Shown one piece after another: positions 1 through 12,900 of a stretch of 64,000 nt of DNA; the stretch's first letter is position 1, and each line of letters begins with the position of its first letter. The notes beneath the pieces were generated by a model that did no database searches, was not told the DNA's origin, and was given only the letters and a program-made list of their open reading frames with translations. Source of the DNA: Oculina patagonica (lineage: Eukaryota); contig NC_135764.1 of assembly GCF_052425735.1 (NCBI RefSeq), positions 20,336,001-20,400,000 on the forward strand. Reading direction: 5' to 3'. The position numbers and the translations under genes were made by a program.

Positions 1-1480
1 ATACTTTAAACCACAAATGTTCCTGATTGGACATATATTTAAAACTGAACAGCTTTAGCTTTGAGTACGCCGTGTACGAGCCAGTCTCGACTAAATTCGC
101 TCTTACTTCCTCGTCTGTTCTTTGTCAGAGGAACAAAGACGAGGAAATGACATACGCATTATTATATATATCACAGCATGATACAGCACCTTTCAGAGGT
201 TCCAAAAAAAAAGCTGACGACGGAAGGCTCTGATTTACGAAACTGTGTCTGCACAAAGAAACAGGGTAAGACAACAAACACGATCTTTCGCTAGCAGGCT
301 ACTTGAACATGAATCCTACTGAACATCATACTGAACTATTGCTAGTTACACTTAACAACTAAATTTATACGTATTAGTAATATTAATTTCAAGACTCGTT
401 GTCACTTTTGCAAGGTATTTGTTTGGGTAACTAAAATATTTCACAACAAACAACAGCTGTTGGACAAAGTTACAGAACGTTTTTTCGCGTAATTTTAGAT
501 TATTAAATTCTCGGCATAAATTCAAACCAGTTTTCGGCTAAAAGTTGATATAACTTCAAGACAATATCGAACAATATTGAGCTATAGTCAAAATTCCCGT
601 AACTTTTAAGAACCATTTTGCCAGGCGAAGTTAACGTTAGTGACTTGAGGAAAGCAATCACCCACTTATTGGAGGTCCTATTACGGGATTCATTAACAGT
701 GCTTTGGCTGAGTGAGGAACATTGAGAGGCTTTTCCGATAGTCTGCCTAGGCCTGTAGTCGTACTAATGATGGTTTGACTGGCATTGTAGTTGCATTTCG
801 AGACTAACTGTAGAACCTTGAAGGACTTGATACAAACATGGGATGAAAGCAGCCCTTGCAAACAACAGTTCTAACAAACAAAAATTGTTCAAGTAATCTT
901 ACATTAAAACTATAAGTTGCATTTTTCACCATAAGTTAAGATGTAAGATGTAATTTTATATTAATACAAGCGTGGGACAACGAAATTCACCTGACTAGTT
1001 CCCAGTCGCTTTCATACACTGCGCGAGGTTAAAAGGGCGAGCTGAACAAGGGGGTGATGGGAAGGGAAAACGCCTTCCCATCTATGCTGCAGAACAAATT
1101 TTTGGAATGTTGATTATGTTGCCGCCAATCACATGTGAGATGTTGACATCTGTAAAGAGTACATCAACACATGGTTTCCACATCAAAAACGAATGAATTT
1201 GGACGAAATTTTCTTTCAAAATGCATCCTCTATACAGTCAGTTATGACCACGTCCTCCGCAATGGTACAAATCTGTCTGAAAATGTTTGAAATCTAGGCA
1301 AATATTTTCAGGCGAGAAGACGGCAACTTTTATTATTTACTTTATTTATTTTCATTTCTTTGTGTCCTTTTAAAGTTAAGTATCTAATATTTAACGGTGA
1401 GATCCCGTTAGCTGGCTGAATTGGTCAAAGTATTCAAATAAAACACTTTCCCAATCATTGTAAGTTAAAACTGTCGATAA

Positions 1481-2891
1481 TAGACCATTTGCATTATGAC
1501 GTAAAAGCGCAAAGACTTCTGGTAGTTGTAGTTGTGTTCGCGGGAAAAAACCATTTCTGCCTTATGATTGGCTAAGGGCAGCCAAGCGTAAAGGTGGACA
1601 TCCAGGACCTTTTTTTTGATCTGAAGTTGAGCTGCTACGTTCACGTTCTTGTCGCTTCGAAATTTGTTTATATTTATTTTTTCAGTTACCTGTCAAAAAT
1701 ATAGAAAACATAGCTTTGGAATGAAAAATGTCTGAGTTCTGTGTTTTAACCAAGACAGACAAATGTTGTTCGTGTTCAAGTAAGTTTAATATGTACGTTG
1801 TGTGCGGAGTTGACTTGGTAGAATTTCATTCATCGCGGCCGACAACTTCTCTTCGTAAAATAATTGTAGCCTAACATCACAGCTTCAAAACATCGCGCAC
1901 TGGAAACAGATTGCTTGAAAGGACGAGTCTAGGATAAAACTAAATTTGAGTGGAATCAAGTGAAAGCAAGGCAAGCCATTGACTTTGTTCATCAGCTATT
2001 TTCAGACGTTCAACAAACGATCGCTTTCATCGATCGCAGGTGAATTAATTCTTCATTGAAAAGCTTAGAAAATTTACCATATATCATGATTGCTCGGCGG
2101 GACGGTCAGTTTAATTTATTTTTACAGTGAGACAGAGAAACGGGTCAAATAATTTTCCTCGTTCAATCGAGCTTCATCGATGAATCATGAAGGGTCAATG
2201 ATAGAGGATTTCCAAGCTGATCAATCCTGTGCAGGTGAATACAGATTTATTTGTTTTTTATCTTAAAATTGTATTTCTGTTTTCGTCAAATTAGAACTGT
2301 AATTGCAATATTCTTTAACAAAGAAGTTTTCTTGTTTTTGTGCTGGAAATGTCAACTCGTCGAGTAGCAGTTGTGGTTTCAATCCGAGCGAGGGCCGTGC
2401 GAGCAAATATAATTTTATTTCCATAATCTTGTTGATGAACGATTACTTGTAATACTTGAAAGGTGAGCCTCAAAGATTTTTACGAGTGTAGACATCATGT
2501 AGTGTACTCCCCCATGTTTAGAAAGGGTAAAATATTGCGTCTTCGTATATTATTTGAAAATACCTGGCAAGCAAAAGTTTTAGCCAATTTAGGAATTTAA
2601 TTAAATAACCCCGCGGACTCGAGTGGAGGAAACACCCGTTGAAACTTCACTACAAAACGCAACCCAGAAAATATACAATTTCTTGCATAAAACGGACTTG
2701 GTTTTATACTGAGAGGTTGCATTTTGCGCTTTAAATGAAGCCACAGGGACGTCTTCGGTGAGAGCAATTTTCTTTACCTCCATCACGATTTTCTTGGGCA
2801 AGCAGGCTTGATGACGATTCAAAATTTCCCGCGAACTTAACTACAACTACCAGAAGTCTTTGCGCTTTTACGTCATAATGCAAATGGTCTA
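1481..2891. mobile_element. Non-autonomous DNA transposon (~1.4 kb) with ~69-bp terminal inverted repeats
   Basis: 1479-1547 aatagaccatttgcattatgacgtaaaagcgcaaagacttctggtagttgtagttgtgttcgcgggaaa is the reverse complement of 2825-2893 with 2 mismatches. No long internal ORF. Confidence 0.85.
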
Positions 2892-3722
2892 TTGTTTTAA
2901 AAGAATGTGTTCAACTGAGGTCAACCATTTTCGGCTGAAAACAATTTTTTTGACTTGCGCTTTGCGTGCTTGTGAAATCATTACCGTTGTCAAGGATGCG
3001 ATATTTGATGCACCCTTTTGTACCTAGCCCCTCTTGATATTTAAATTGTACATGTGGCTGGAAAGCCATTATTCCCCCAAAATTGTCAGTTCAGAATTAA
3101 GCTGCCGGCACCATTAATTACAACGTTGTCGCAACGGTATCGCTTATCCTTGTAGTTTTTCAGTCAGTCGGACACTGTTTTTTTTTAGAAAATAATTTGT
3201 TGGTTTTCTTATTGTCCGATTAAACATTTATAAAATTTCCTTTCTGTTATCGGGAACATTTCCTACATTATTTTTTATGTACTTTTTAGAGCCGGTCGTC
3301 GAGCTTAATCGAGGCAAAGTCCTTGTCTTTTCTCGGATTCTCGGCCGTTGTGAAAAATTCTCGTAAATTCTGTTTATTATGAAATACAGCGAATTAAGAA
3401 CAGTTTTGTCACAATGCAAATAATTTTTTCCACTTCGTAGTCTCATGGCGTGATATCTATCCTTAAATCCTGAAATATAACAGCATGTGCGCAAATTGTT
3501 CACAAAATGTCACGGATAGTTTTAATTTAAGGTATCACGTGTCTCGCCATGCTTTTGGTCTCGCGTGATCTCGCGAAGATAATGCGGACCACCGAGGAAA
3601 CGCGCCATTTCGTTTGATACACGAAAGAAAATTGGTTTTTCGGCTACGTCGGAATGAAATGTAGATGACCTTGCCACTTTGTCTCAAACACACCGCAGGG
3701 TGCCAAACGTTTTTGTGTATAT

Positions 3723-3883
3723 TAGTCTGCATAGCAGGCGTCTGTGTACGTTTTTTAAGCGCATTTAAAAAAGTGTGCGATCGCGAGAAGGCTGCGCGAG
3801 GAAAAAGCGAGGATTTTTCCACCTCGCGCCTTTCGCGTTTCCCATACGCGAGCTCGAAACTACGGCGCCTGCTACGCAAGCTA
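3723..3883. mobile_element. GC-rich hairpin MITE with TAG..CTA termini and 9-bp TSD
   Basis: TIR tagtctgcatagcaggcg / cgcctgctacgcaagcta; perfect TSD tgtgtatat at 3714-3722 and 3884-3892. Confidence 0.85.
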
Positions 3884-3989
3884 TGTGTATATCACCATCA
3901 GAAATAAAAAATAAAGAACGAAATATGTCTGTTCACTCTACACAAAACTAAATCCCACCCGAGCTCATGGGTGGAGTTAAAGATAAATC

Positions 3990-5830
3990 GTAAGTCATGT
4001 TTGTAACTATAACGTAGTTTCTCCAATATCGACCGAATTGAGTTGGCCATATCAGGGAAGACATATTACGTCTGAAGTGCGTCGAGATAAATCCGAGACG
4101 CACAAATTTTCCACTAGACATTTGAAGTCACATTTTCACTTTTCTCATGATTCTGTTCGGTGTACAAGGGTATAAATAATTATGTATGTTTTATGAGTCT
4201 CGAATTTATCTAGACGACATTGTCTATGACGCCCCGGGGGATCTCTGGTGCGCAGCTCGTACAAAATAAATAAAAAATAAATCACTTTATTTAAGTGTCA
4301 ATGTATTTAGCACGGCGGTGCTAATTGAGGACACTGCAAATAATGGATCAAATATTATAAATCGAACAGAAAACTTGTTAAAATCCCAACTGGCAAGAGG
4401 CCGACCAGTCTACTGCGCTATTATAGAGCTCGTTTGCCCTGGCTGACCTGCTAAATCCTATAGCTTTCAAATGAATTTCAAAACTCAGGGAAGTCCTAAC
4501 ATTCCCAAGACAAAGTGAAAATTGTCAGTATTAGTCACAGGCCATGGGCTTTTTGCAAGCTCTCGCCCCTCATGTTTGGATTCGAAAAAATACAATAAGG
4601 CCAAACAGCATATTTTACACACAAAAGGCTGAACAGCAAATAAATAATGTATAGGAGAACCAAATATTTACAAATTTAACGTAAACTTTCCACTATTAGG
4701 GTTTCTGTTAATGAGAAAAGAAAATCCCAGCAAATTTAGTTTTCCGCTCAATGATTTTTTGGGCCACGCATGTCCAGACATGAGAGGCAATGTTTCACAA
4801 GAACGTTACTTTTTATAGTTTAATTACTACATCAATTGCTTAAAAGTTACGCGGGAACTTAAGTGACTCTCGAACCCATTTCCATATTCTTTTGTGGCAT
4901 AAATAGGACCACTCGAGGACAGAAGACCCAGTTCACATCCAGAGCTTCACAAAGTCCAAATCCCACAGTAAGGAAAGTTAAGCCTTTGCCGAAGAGTTTC
5001 TTCAAAAGACCAAAGTCGCACAAGAAGCTTCCATTTCAGTAAGTCGTGTTTGTAACTATAACGTAGATTCTTCCATATCGGCCGGATTTAATTGGCCGTA
5101 TATATATATCAGGTAAAATATAATTCGCCTCAAATGAATTCGAAGTGCGTTAAAATAAATCCAAGAAGCACAAATTTTCTACTAGGCATTCCAAGTCATT
5201 AAGATCTAGAGGGGGGGGGGGGTCCTTTTGTCACTTTAACTAAAAGGGTAGTGAACAAGGGCAGTATTTTCGGTTTTTTATGATTCTCGCATTTAACTAG
5301 ACTTATTAATATACTTCTAAGGCGAGTAGAAGTTTATATTTACTTTCCGCCGGATCTCCGATGCACAGCTCGATCGTACAGACCCGGTCAGGTGATTTTA
5401 AAACAGGCCGCGCTATACGGCCAGTTTTTTGTGTCTGTAGACGTATTGGCCGAATCATGTAGAATGATCAGACGATCATGTCAGCTTTATGTCTTCCATT
5501 TCTTTACTGCTGCATGAACGAAAGCAGCTAAGAGTACTAAAAATACGCAGTTTCCAAACTCTCCCGGCGCCAGCAAGTCTAAGTGCTTCTGACCTAAATT
5601 TTAGCCGTCGCTCCGGCCATTTTTTAGCTGTCAGTTTCATGACCTGTGATCGATAGCTTTATATTTAGGATCTCTTAACCATTCACATCCCATTCTTCAC
5701 AAAGTTCTGACCTGTAGCAAACATGAGGCTAACCTTACCACAGAAGAGTGATTTCAAAGGGGAAACTTTGACGAGAAACGTTCAGTGCCGGCAGTAAGTC
5801 ATGTTTGTACCGCTACAACGTTAATTTTTT
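3990..5830 (+). repeat. Three diverged direct copies of a module beginning gtaagtc(a/g)tgtttgta
   Basis: Copies start at 3990, 5039 and 5794. The first two align over ~270-340 bp (ending ..gatctc..tgc.cagctcg..taca); the third aligns over only ~35 bp. Confidence 0.7.
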
Positions 5831-7927
5831 TCGAAATTACAGCGAAGTTTTATTCATTTTAAGAAACGGACGAGTATTTTGGGCTGAGACTAAGCGTTAA
5901 CGAACTTCAAAAACTTCAACGTTCTTAGTATTGCGACGATTTGAGCCTAGAGATGTTCTTAAAATGTTTCTATTATTTCCAAGTTTGAAAACAAAGTAGT
6001 AAAATCGCGCCAAAACGCATTCAAATTGATATATACACGTATACGTACACGTCACTGTGAGACGGGTAAAAAATTAGATTTGAATAAAAGTTGATTCATT
6101 CTAGAAGTGTATTTACATTCCCACCGGCAACAAAATGAATTTTTTTTCCCACATTTCAGCCTTAGGTACCTTCTTAGCGTGTTTTAAGACTTTGTCTGTG
6201 CTTTCTCAAACTCGACGTTCTTATAAACGTTTATAAATAGGTACCCTCAATTCTGTAAACCGAAATTAAGCAATTAAAAAAGAACAGTTCTTTTGAATGC
6301 AACAAACACATTACACGATTTTTATGATTGAAAAAGTTTTGAACAATGCCGCTACGTGTCATTTACAACCGAACGTAGATAACCAATGCATTGTTTTCCT
6401 GAATGTCCTTATTAAGGCGCTTTTTTATGCGCGATAGCTTGCTACGCACCGGCCTTATTTTGTTTTCGGTTGAAAGCCTATACAAACCTCGATGTTCACA
6501 CTTTTTGTGGAAAAATTGTTGGAAAAATTAACTTGGGCAGAAACATGGACCAGAACACTTGGCGAAATACATCCTCTAACGTTCAATCATGCCCTTTCGC
6601 TACTACACTACTAACGGAAAACTACCGGTACATCCTTTCATAGACTTCAAATTCACGCTTTTTGTTTCGATTTTCTGAAACGTAGAAGTCGCCGAATGGC
6701 AAAAGTTACACGGGAATAATTTAATTTTAATAATGTGATGTTCAATGAAGCAACTGAAGACGCCAATCCTGCTAGAGGGTGCCAATGGGCTTAACAAATG
6801 AAAATAATTGCTGTAGGAGCAAAGACCGATACAACGTATCAAACGAAGATTTTTGCAATTTTGAGTAATATATTTTCTGTTTGCCAAACCAGCCTTCTTC
6901 AGATACAATGAGTAAACTTTACATTGGTATATACCGCATTTGTTCACGCATGAATATTCAAGGATCGGTCCCCGTTACGTTTAACGTATGAAATATTTTT
7001 TGACGTCAAGGATGTAAAACGTAACACGTAGTCTCTTTGTTCTCCTGTAAAGCAAAAAATTCTCTTATCATGAGACGACTCCTGAAAGCCAAACGGCAAT
7101 ATTCACGATGAGAGACAGTTGTATTCGCAGACTATCAGCAAACGTTCGCTGAAATATTTGAAAATTTGCAACGCGTGACATTAAGTATATGGCTCTGCTA
7201 AATACTCAGCCTTGCGTTATTACTTTTCTCGCTTTCTGATTGGTGCAATGATTTACACTCGGGGCGTGGCCATATTTGGTAAATGGACGCGCAAACTGAG
7301 CGTATATTTTTCATATCGCGAGCTACAAGAAAGCTGAGAAAAGTATCGCCTCGCAGCCTACATACGTGCAAAGTATTTTGAAATAACTTGACCTTGTCAC
7401 GTAGTTGCAAACCAAGAGTTCGAGAACGGTTGTCGGAAGAAAGCACAAACTTGCACGCGACTAGACGGAAAGACGGTCTGGGTATAACTAGAATTGTGCA
7501 TATTGGCCTAGAGGAAATGTGCAAGTTTGTATTTTTGCACGTGAAGATTTTGTTTTTTCTTCTCAGGAGGCCTTTTTCTGTAGCTTTACTTTTCCTGTCA
7601 CATGTCTTTGAGTCTTGAAAATTCTTCTAAACTTCAGCGTGGCTAATAGATCCTTGTTTCCACATGTCTTTAGAGAAAGGAAACGTGCAAATTCGCCTTT
7701 GTCATGTCGCCATATCATTAGTAAAAAGCACGTACAGTAGCTCTCTTCTGTACTTCTACCCATACTACCTTTCGGTCTTGTCGCGTGCACTTTGTGCCTT
7801 TTCCGACAACATTTCTCGAATTAGTTGTATACGTAAAAGGTAGTACCACAACCCACTGATCAAGATGGCGAATCGCCAAGGAAAAGTGCCTAGGTACCCA
7901 TTGCTCTTAAACGCTTCCCTCCATACG

Positions 7928-8004
7928 TAGTCCTCCTCGCAGCTGTTTTTAGTGTCATCACGCAAGGAGCGTTGCGTGACGACACTATAAATTAACGGCT
8001 GCGC
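7928..8004. mobile_element. Short degenerate hairpin MITE just upstream of the KLHL ATG
   Basis: cgcagctgtttttagtgtcatcacgcaa / ttgcgtgacgacacta..aacggctgcg inverted arms around a ggagcg loop. Confidence 0.55.
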
Positions 8005-8046
8005 TCGAGGTCGACGGGAGTCACCATCGCCTGAAAGTCAGACACC

Positions 8047-9120
8047 ATGTCTGTGAATCGTCCAAATCCATTTGACATTACTTTGGTGGTGAAAGATGGC
8101 AAGGAGTTCCAGGCTCACAGAAATGTTCTTTCACAAGCGAGTCCTTTCTTTGAAAAGCTTCTCAGCACCGACATGAAAGAGAATAGTGAAGGAGTTACTC
8201 GACTGGAGTGGATAACCGAGTCTCAGATGGCAGACATTTTACATTTCATTTACACTGGCAATGTTCAGATTTCTAGTCAAGAGAATGCTGATAACCTGAT
8301 CGCAACGGCAGATTATCTTCTCCTTTTCAACCTTAAAACTATCGCCGGGAAATTTCTCGCGCAACACATGACCACTGAGAACTGCATTTTAATTTACTAT
8401 TCAATAGCTGAACAGTATTCATGTGAAGAGCTAATCGCTAGCGCCCGGAAATTCATCAACTCAAACTTTACCACCGTCGCTGCATCTGACGAGTTTCAAA
8501 ATTTGCCAAGCCACGAGTTTGAAAAATGGATTTCAAGCGATGAGATAGTGATTGACGCTGAGGAAAAAGTGTTTGAAACCATACTCAGATGGATTGATCA
8601 CCACAAAAGCGAACGAAGCGTAAAATTCGGCGAACTGTTTCGCTACGTTCGACTGACGAATATATCGCGTGACTTTTTACTGAGCGACGTCGTGACCAAT
8701 GATCTTGTGAAAGAAAATGAGGACTGCCTCGACAGGGTGACTGGCGCATTAAACTGGATTGATCGGTCAACTGTGATCGTGGCTTGTGAACTTGCGGAAC
8801 CTCCTTTCCGAAAAAAGCAACTTCGGCGAACTGTTTCGTCACGTGCGACTGACGACTATATCGCGTGACATTTTACCGAGCGATGTCGTGACCAATGAGC
8901 TTGTGAAAGACATTTCAGACTTCCTTCCCTTCCTGATCCTGCGACTGACGACTATATCGCGTGACATTTTAGTAAGCGATGTCGTGACCAATGAGCTTGT
9001 GAAAGACATTTGAGACTTCCTCGACAGTGTGACCAGTGGGTTAAACTGTTTTGATCTGTCAACTGATTGTGACGTACCACGGCCACATTCTCCAAGGAAC
9101 TCTCTAAAAACAAGTGCTAT
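8047..9120 (+). pseudogene. Truncated kelch-like (BTB-BACK) gene with a triplicated BACK C-terminal segment and no Kelch repeats
   Basis: The ORF gives a BTB domain (DITLVV..FQAHRNVLSQASPFF..FIYTG) and a BACK domain (..LPSHEFEKWISSDEI..EEKVFETILRWI..VRL). Homology to the paralog at 55467-53744 breaks at ~8775, restarts at ~8815 and ~8940, and ends at ~9120 in a MITE fragment. Confidence 0.85.
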
Positions 9121-9482
9121 TTTTCCTCTCACTTGCATGACTCTTGCATATTTTCGACTTTTCATGTCGCGCGTGGGATTTTAGGAATAAAAACCGACTG
9201 CTCGCAGTCTGACAATGCAATGATGGAATCCCGAGCAGTCGAATTGAGTCAAAACGTTTACCCTACGTTAGCAGTCACGATCTTGAGTAATGCGTGACAA
9301 CACTACACCAATTACCTGTCGTCTGGTTGTTGTCTTCAATTAACTGAAGAAATATTATTGTTATTTTTTTGCCAAACAGTTCTTTTGGGTTGTTTTCACA
9401 CTGTCACGCCTGGAAAAAGTAAAATCAAAACCACTGAAAAATAAAGAAAAGCATTATAGAAGACAAATATAGACATGATATA

Positions 9483-9996
9483 CCTTATTATAGGAAATTA
9501 ACGCTTCATGGAATTAAGGCGAATTTCGAAAATTCGCGTTAATTTAAGTCGTGTTAATTTTTGTTAACGTTAATTTCCGCGCCGTTAATTAAGTGGAGCG
9601 TTAATTTCCATGACCTTAATTTCCATTATTTTAGCCCCAATTTCTCGATACAGCTCAGGCATTCCTGACTCCTAGGAAAAGGCATTATTTCATTAGGGTG
9701 GAAATCTGCCGGTATTACCTAAACTGTGAAGAACGCTCGAGGCGGTCAGATTCCTTCGCTTAACCTCTACGTTTAGGATTATACGCTTAGTGTTGACTAA
9801 ACTTGTTCCTGTTGTTTCAACAAGTTTTTTTTCCTTTGTGTTCGTCGCGTTAATTTCCTTCATTTTGAAATGTTACCCCCTCTTTCGCGTTAATTTCTTT
9901 TATTGGAGAGTAATTTTTTCTTCAATTTGCGTTAATTTAAATCGCGTTAATTTCCAATACCTTAATTAACACAAGCGTTAATTTCCTATAATAAGG
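9483..9996. mobile_element. Tc1/mariner-type MITE with TA TSD
   Basis: ta|ccttattataggaaattaacgctt ... aagcgttaatttcctataataagg|ta forms a perfect 24-bp TIR; many internal gcgttaattt motifs. Confidence 0.85.
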
Positions 9997-12900
9997 TATG
10001 ATAAATCATTTTTGTGTCCGATTCTCAGGTCTTAGCAGTATTCCTTGCTCGAAATGTTCCACACACATTTATAGAGCTCAGTATGGAAACGCCATATTGG
10101 TGTCCCACGGAGGGGCACAGATATTGCAGTCGGTCGCAAATCAATGAAAACATCTTGAATTTACTTCTGCTCTGATCTTAAAGCGTTCATTTCATATTCA
10201 TGAACTAGTTAGAATTAACACTAACAAACTGTTCAGACTGCAGATGATCACACCCACAGAATGAGGCATTTTTTTCAAGATCGTGACAGCCTTCTCGAGG
10301 TCATTTTGACGTCGTATGGTGTAAAAACTCAAAAATTCAAAATGCTTTACTTCGAAAACGAAGGATGCCATCAAGTTAATAATTGTAAAAGATATATACT
10401 TAGGAGGTCTTGTAGAAAGATTAAAACTCATGGGACCTGCTTAAGTTTGGGACGAAACAGCTAGTTCAAAATCTGGTTTCAACAATGCGATCGAAATTCA
10501 CAACATTCACAGACTAGTATGGAAAATATCTTGCTCAATATCCAACGCATTTCTAGCATATTTCCTATAGCTACGATATGGTAGCCGGTGAGGGGAGGGA
10601 AACGGCTGTACACAGGCTACTGTATGACACATTTACTGACATTTCCTAATTTATTTGGAATTAATTTATTTATTTGGAAATAAGGAGATCAAACAATAAC
10701 AATATATTTGTATTCAGGCGTCTAAAAACTAGTACTGTATATGCTTTCACCAGTTGAATTATCATTTTCGCCTTTAAAATTTTACATGTCTTTCTTTCGT
10801 TTTCTCATTCTTGGAAAAAGAATACTCCGAAAATATATTTAAAACATTCCAAGAACCTTTGATCAGACTCTTAGCGTCCAATAATTACAAGCAATGTATC
10901 TCTTCTTGGCACTTTTTAAAACACTAGCATACTTTTTCTTCATGTTGGGCGATAAATAAAATTCAGTGCTTTTTTTTAACTTGGTTGAAATCAGTAGTTT
11001 CAGGCTTCCCGGAAGCCAGCAGGCATCGCAGGCGCATTAAGCCCCTAGCAGCCTGGGGACTAAAATGCATAAATTAATACATTCAAGTAAAGAAATGAAA
11101 TAAATTGTTACCCTTATGTCTTAACCCACAAACACGAACCGCTAGCTTAAAAGCGATTTTCCAAGTCGCAAAACAATTAGGGTAAAACGCTTTTAAAAAG
11201 ACTTCCGTGCAATGGCCTTGTGCGGTTTTGCAAATTTTGAAACGTTTTTTGGAATTATTTGGCAGCGGACCAGTTACTAGCAAGAAAATTGGCGATTAAC
11301 CAGATAAAAGACAGGAGAATTTGATAAGTTTAAAGTACACCATTGTGTGGTTTTTGTTTGTGTATTCATGCAACGTTGGCACGAAAATTAATAACAAAGA
11401 CTGCAGTTCCGCAAACATATCGCTGTTAAAACATCCTGTCCTGGCTGACTAGCGAGCGAAGGAGCTCTTGCTCCAGGGGCGAATCTATCTAAAAGTTATT
11501 TTGAAAGGTAAGTCGAAATTCAAACTATGGTTTGTGTATTTTAAGACCAATTTAGTCTCGGCCGTGCGCGGAATTATTGAGATTTTAAATTGAGTTCTGG
11601 TGCTGATGTTAAACAAAATCCCGTTTAATTTTGTTACGCCCAAAAGCATACACGAACGCTTCTCATATAATACAGCATTTAGCATTAAACTAAGCTTTGG
11701 TATCAGAGTGCGATTGCGCTCTGACGCCGCTTCTATCGCCGCGAAATACAAGATGCAGTCGTTTTATAAATGATCCAGGTTTAGTTTATATTTTGAAGAG
11801 TTGAGAAGATCGATTCCTCGGCCAGACCGGCTTTTCCTGTTTGGAGGTTGTCAAGTGTTCCTATAAGCCTAAGTTTCAACATTAGTCATTTCGTAGCTCT
11901 TTTGAATTCCTGCCCCATTCGTTCATTTTCTCTGCTGTAATAAAATTGTAAGTCCTGGTATTTCAGGCAGTGAGGAAAATTATTGCCAATGTTGTAGAAT
12001 GGTTGAAATTTCTTGGGTTTTTCCTCTGGTGGTGTACACAATTTCTATGGTGAGTGAATTATCTACAGCAAGTCTTTCAATCAGTGGCCTTTTCTATACT
12101 TTGTAAACTCAAGATCCTTATGTTATGCTAGCGAGGTGTTGCATTGCAACCGAAAGAATAACAAATGTTTTGTCTTAACGAAACCACAGTAAATAATTCA
12201 CATTTCGCTGCAAAAATTCGATACAGCACTACCTTACAATGAATCGAGTTCTGCCGCAAAGCTTTCAATGTGGCTTTGGTGTTTTAGTTCTCAAGTTGAG
12301 TTTTCATTATGTTGTACAGTTTAGAATTTAGCACTAATTTTATTGCGAATACCCGAGGAAATGTTTCAAGGGCACTATCACCACCTGTTGAAACAAATTT
12401 AGGACCTGTTGCTATGTGTGCAGATTGAAAAAATATCGTGTAATAATATCAAGTAATTGAATTTTACCTTATCACATAATTACAGAAACAATCACTTAGC
12501 AACCAGGCTTCGCTCAGAACTGACGTCAAGTTATTTAGAAATGTGCAAGGGATTTATTAGGCGAATATTTTAAAACGCTGACAAAGATTTCAGGCAACAA
12601 ATATTATATTTTGATTTCGTGAGATCCAAAATTCTACGTAGTAACTATGTGGACGACGTTATGGCCTGTACAGTTGAGGCGCCTTGCTGGATAATAACAA
12701 AGTGTTAGTTTACCATCACATGAACTGTCGCTAGCTAACGTTTTTATTTGCTGCGGGGGTGATTAAAGAGACTGTGTCACGACTAAGTTAATTTTATGTT
12801 GTTAAATTTTGTCAAATACAGTTCGCTATGAAACTAAATGTTTGCAAGGAAATTAATTGTATGATTGTAAATGACAAAACTTCATTGCAGCCAAATGTGT

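Noticed and set aside
8815-9020. CRISPR-like repeat-spacer array
   Set aside because: The repeats are ~80-100 bp pieces of KLHL coding sequence in a eukaryotic locus; no cas genes.
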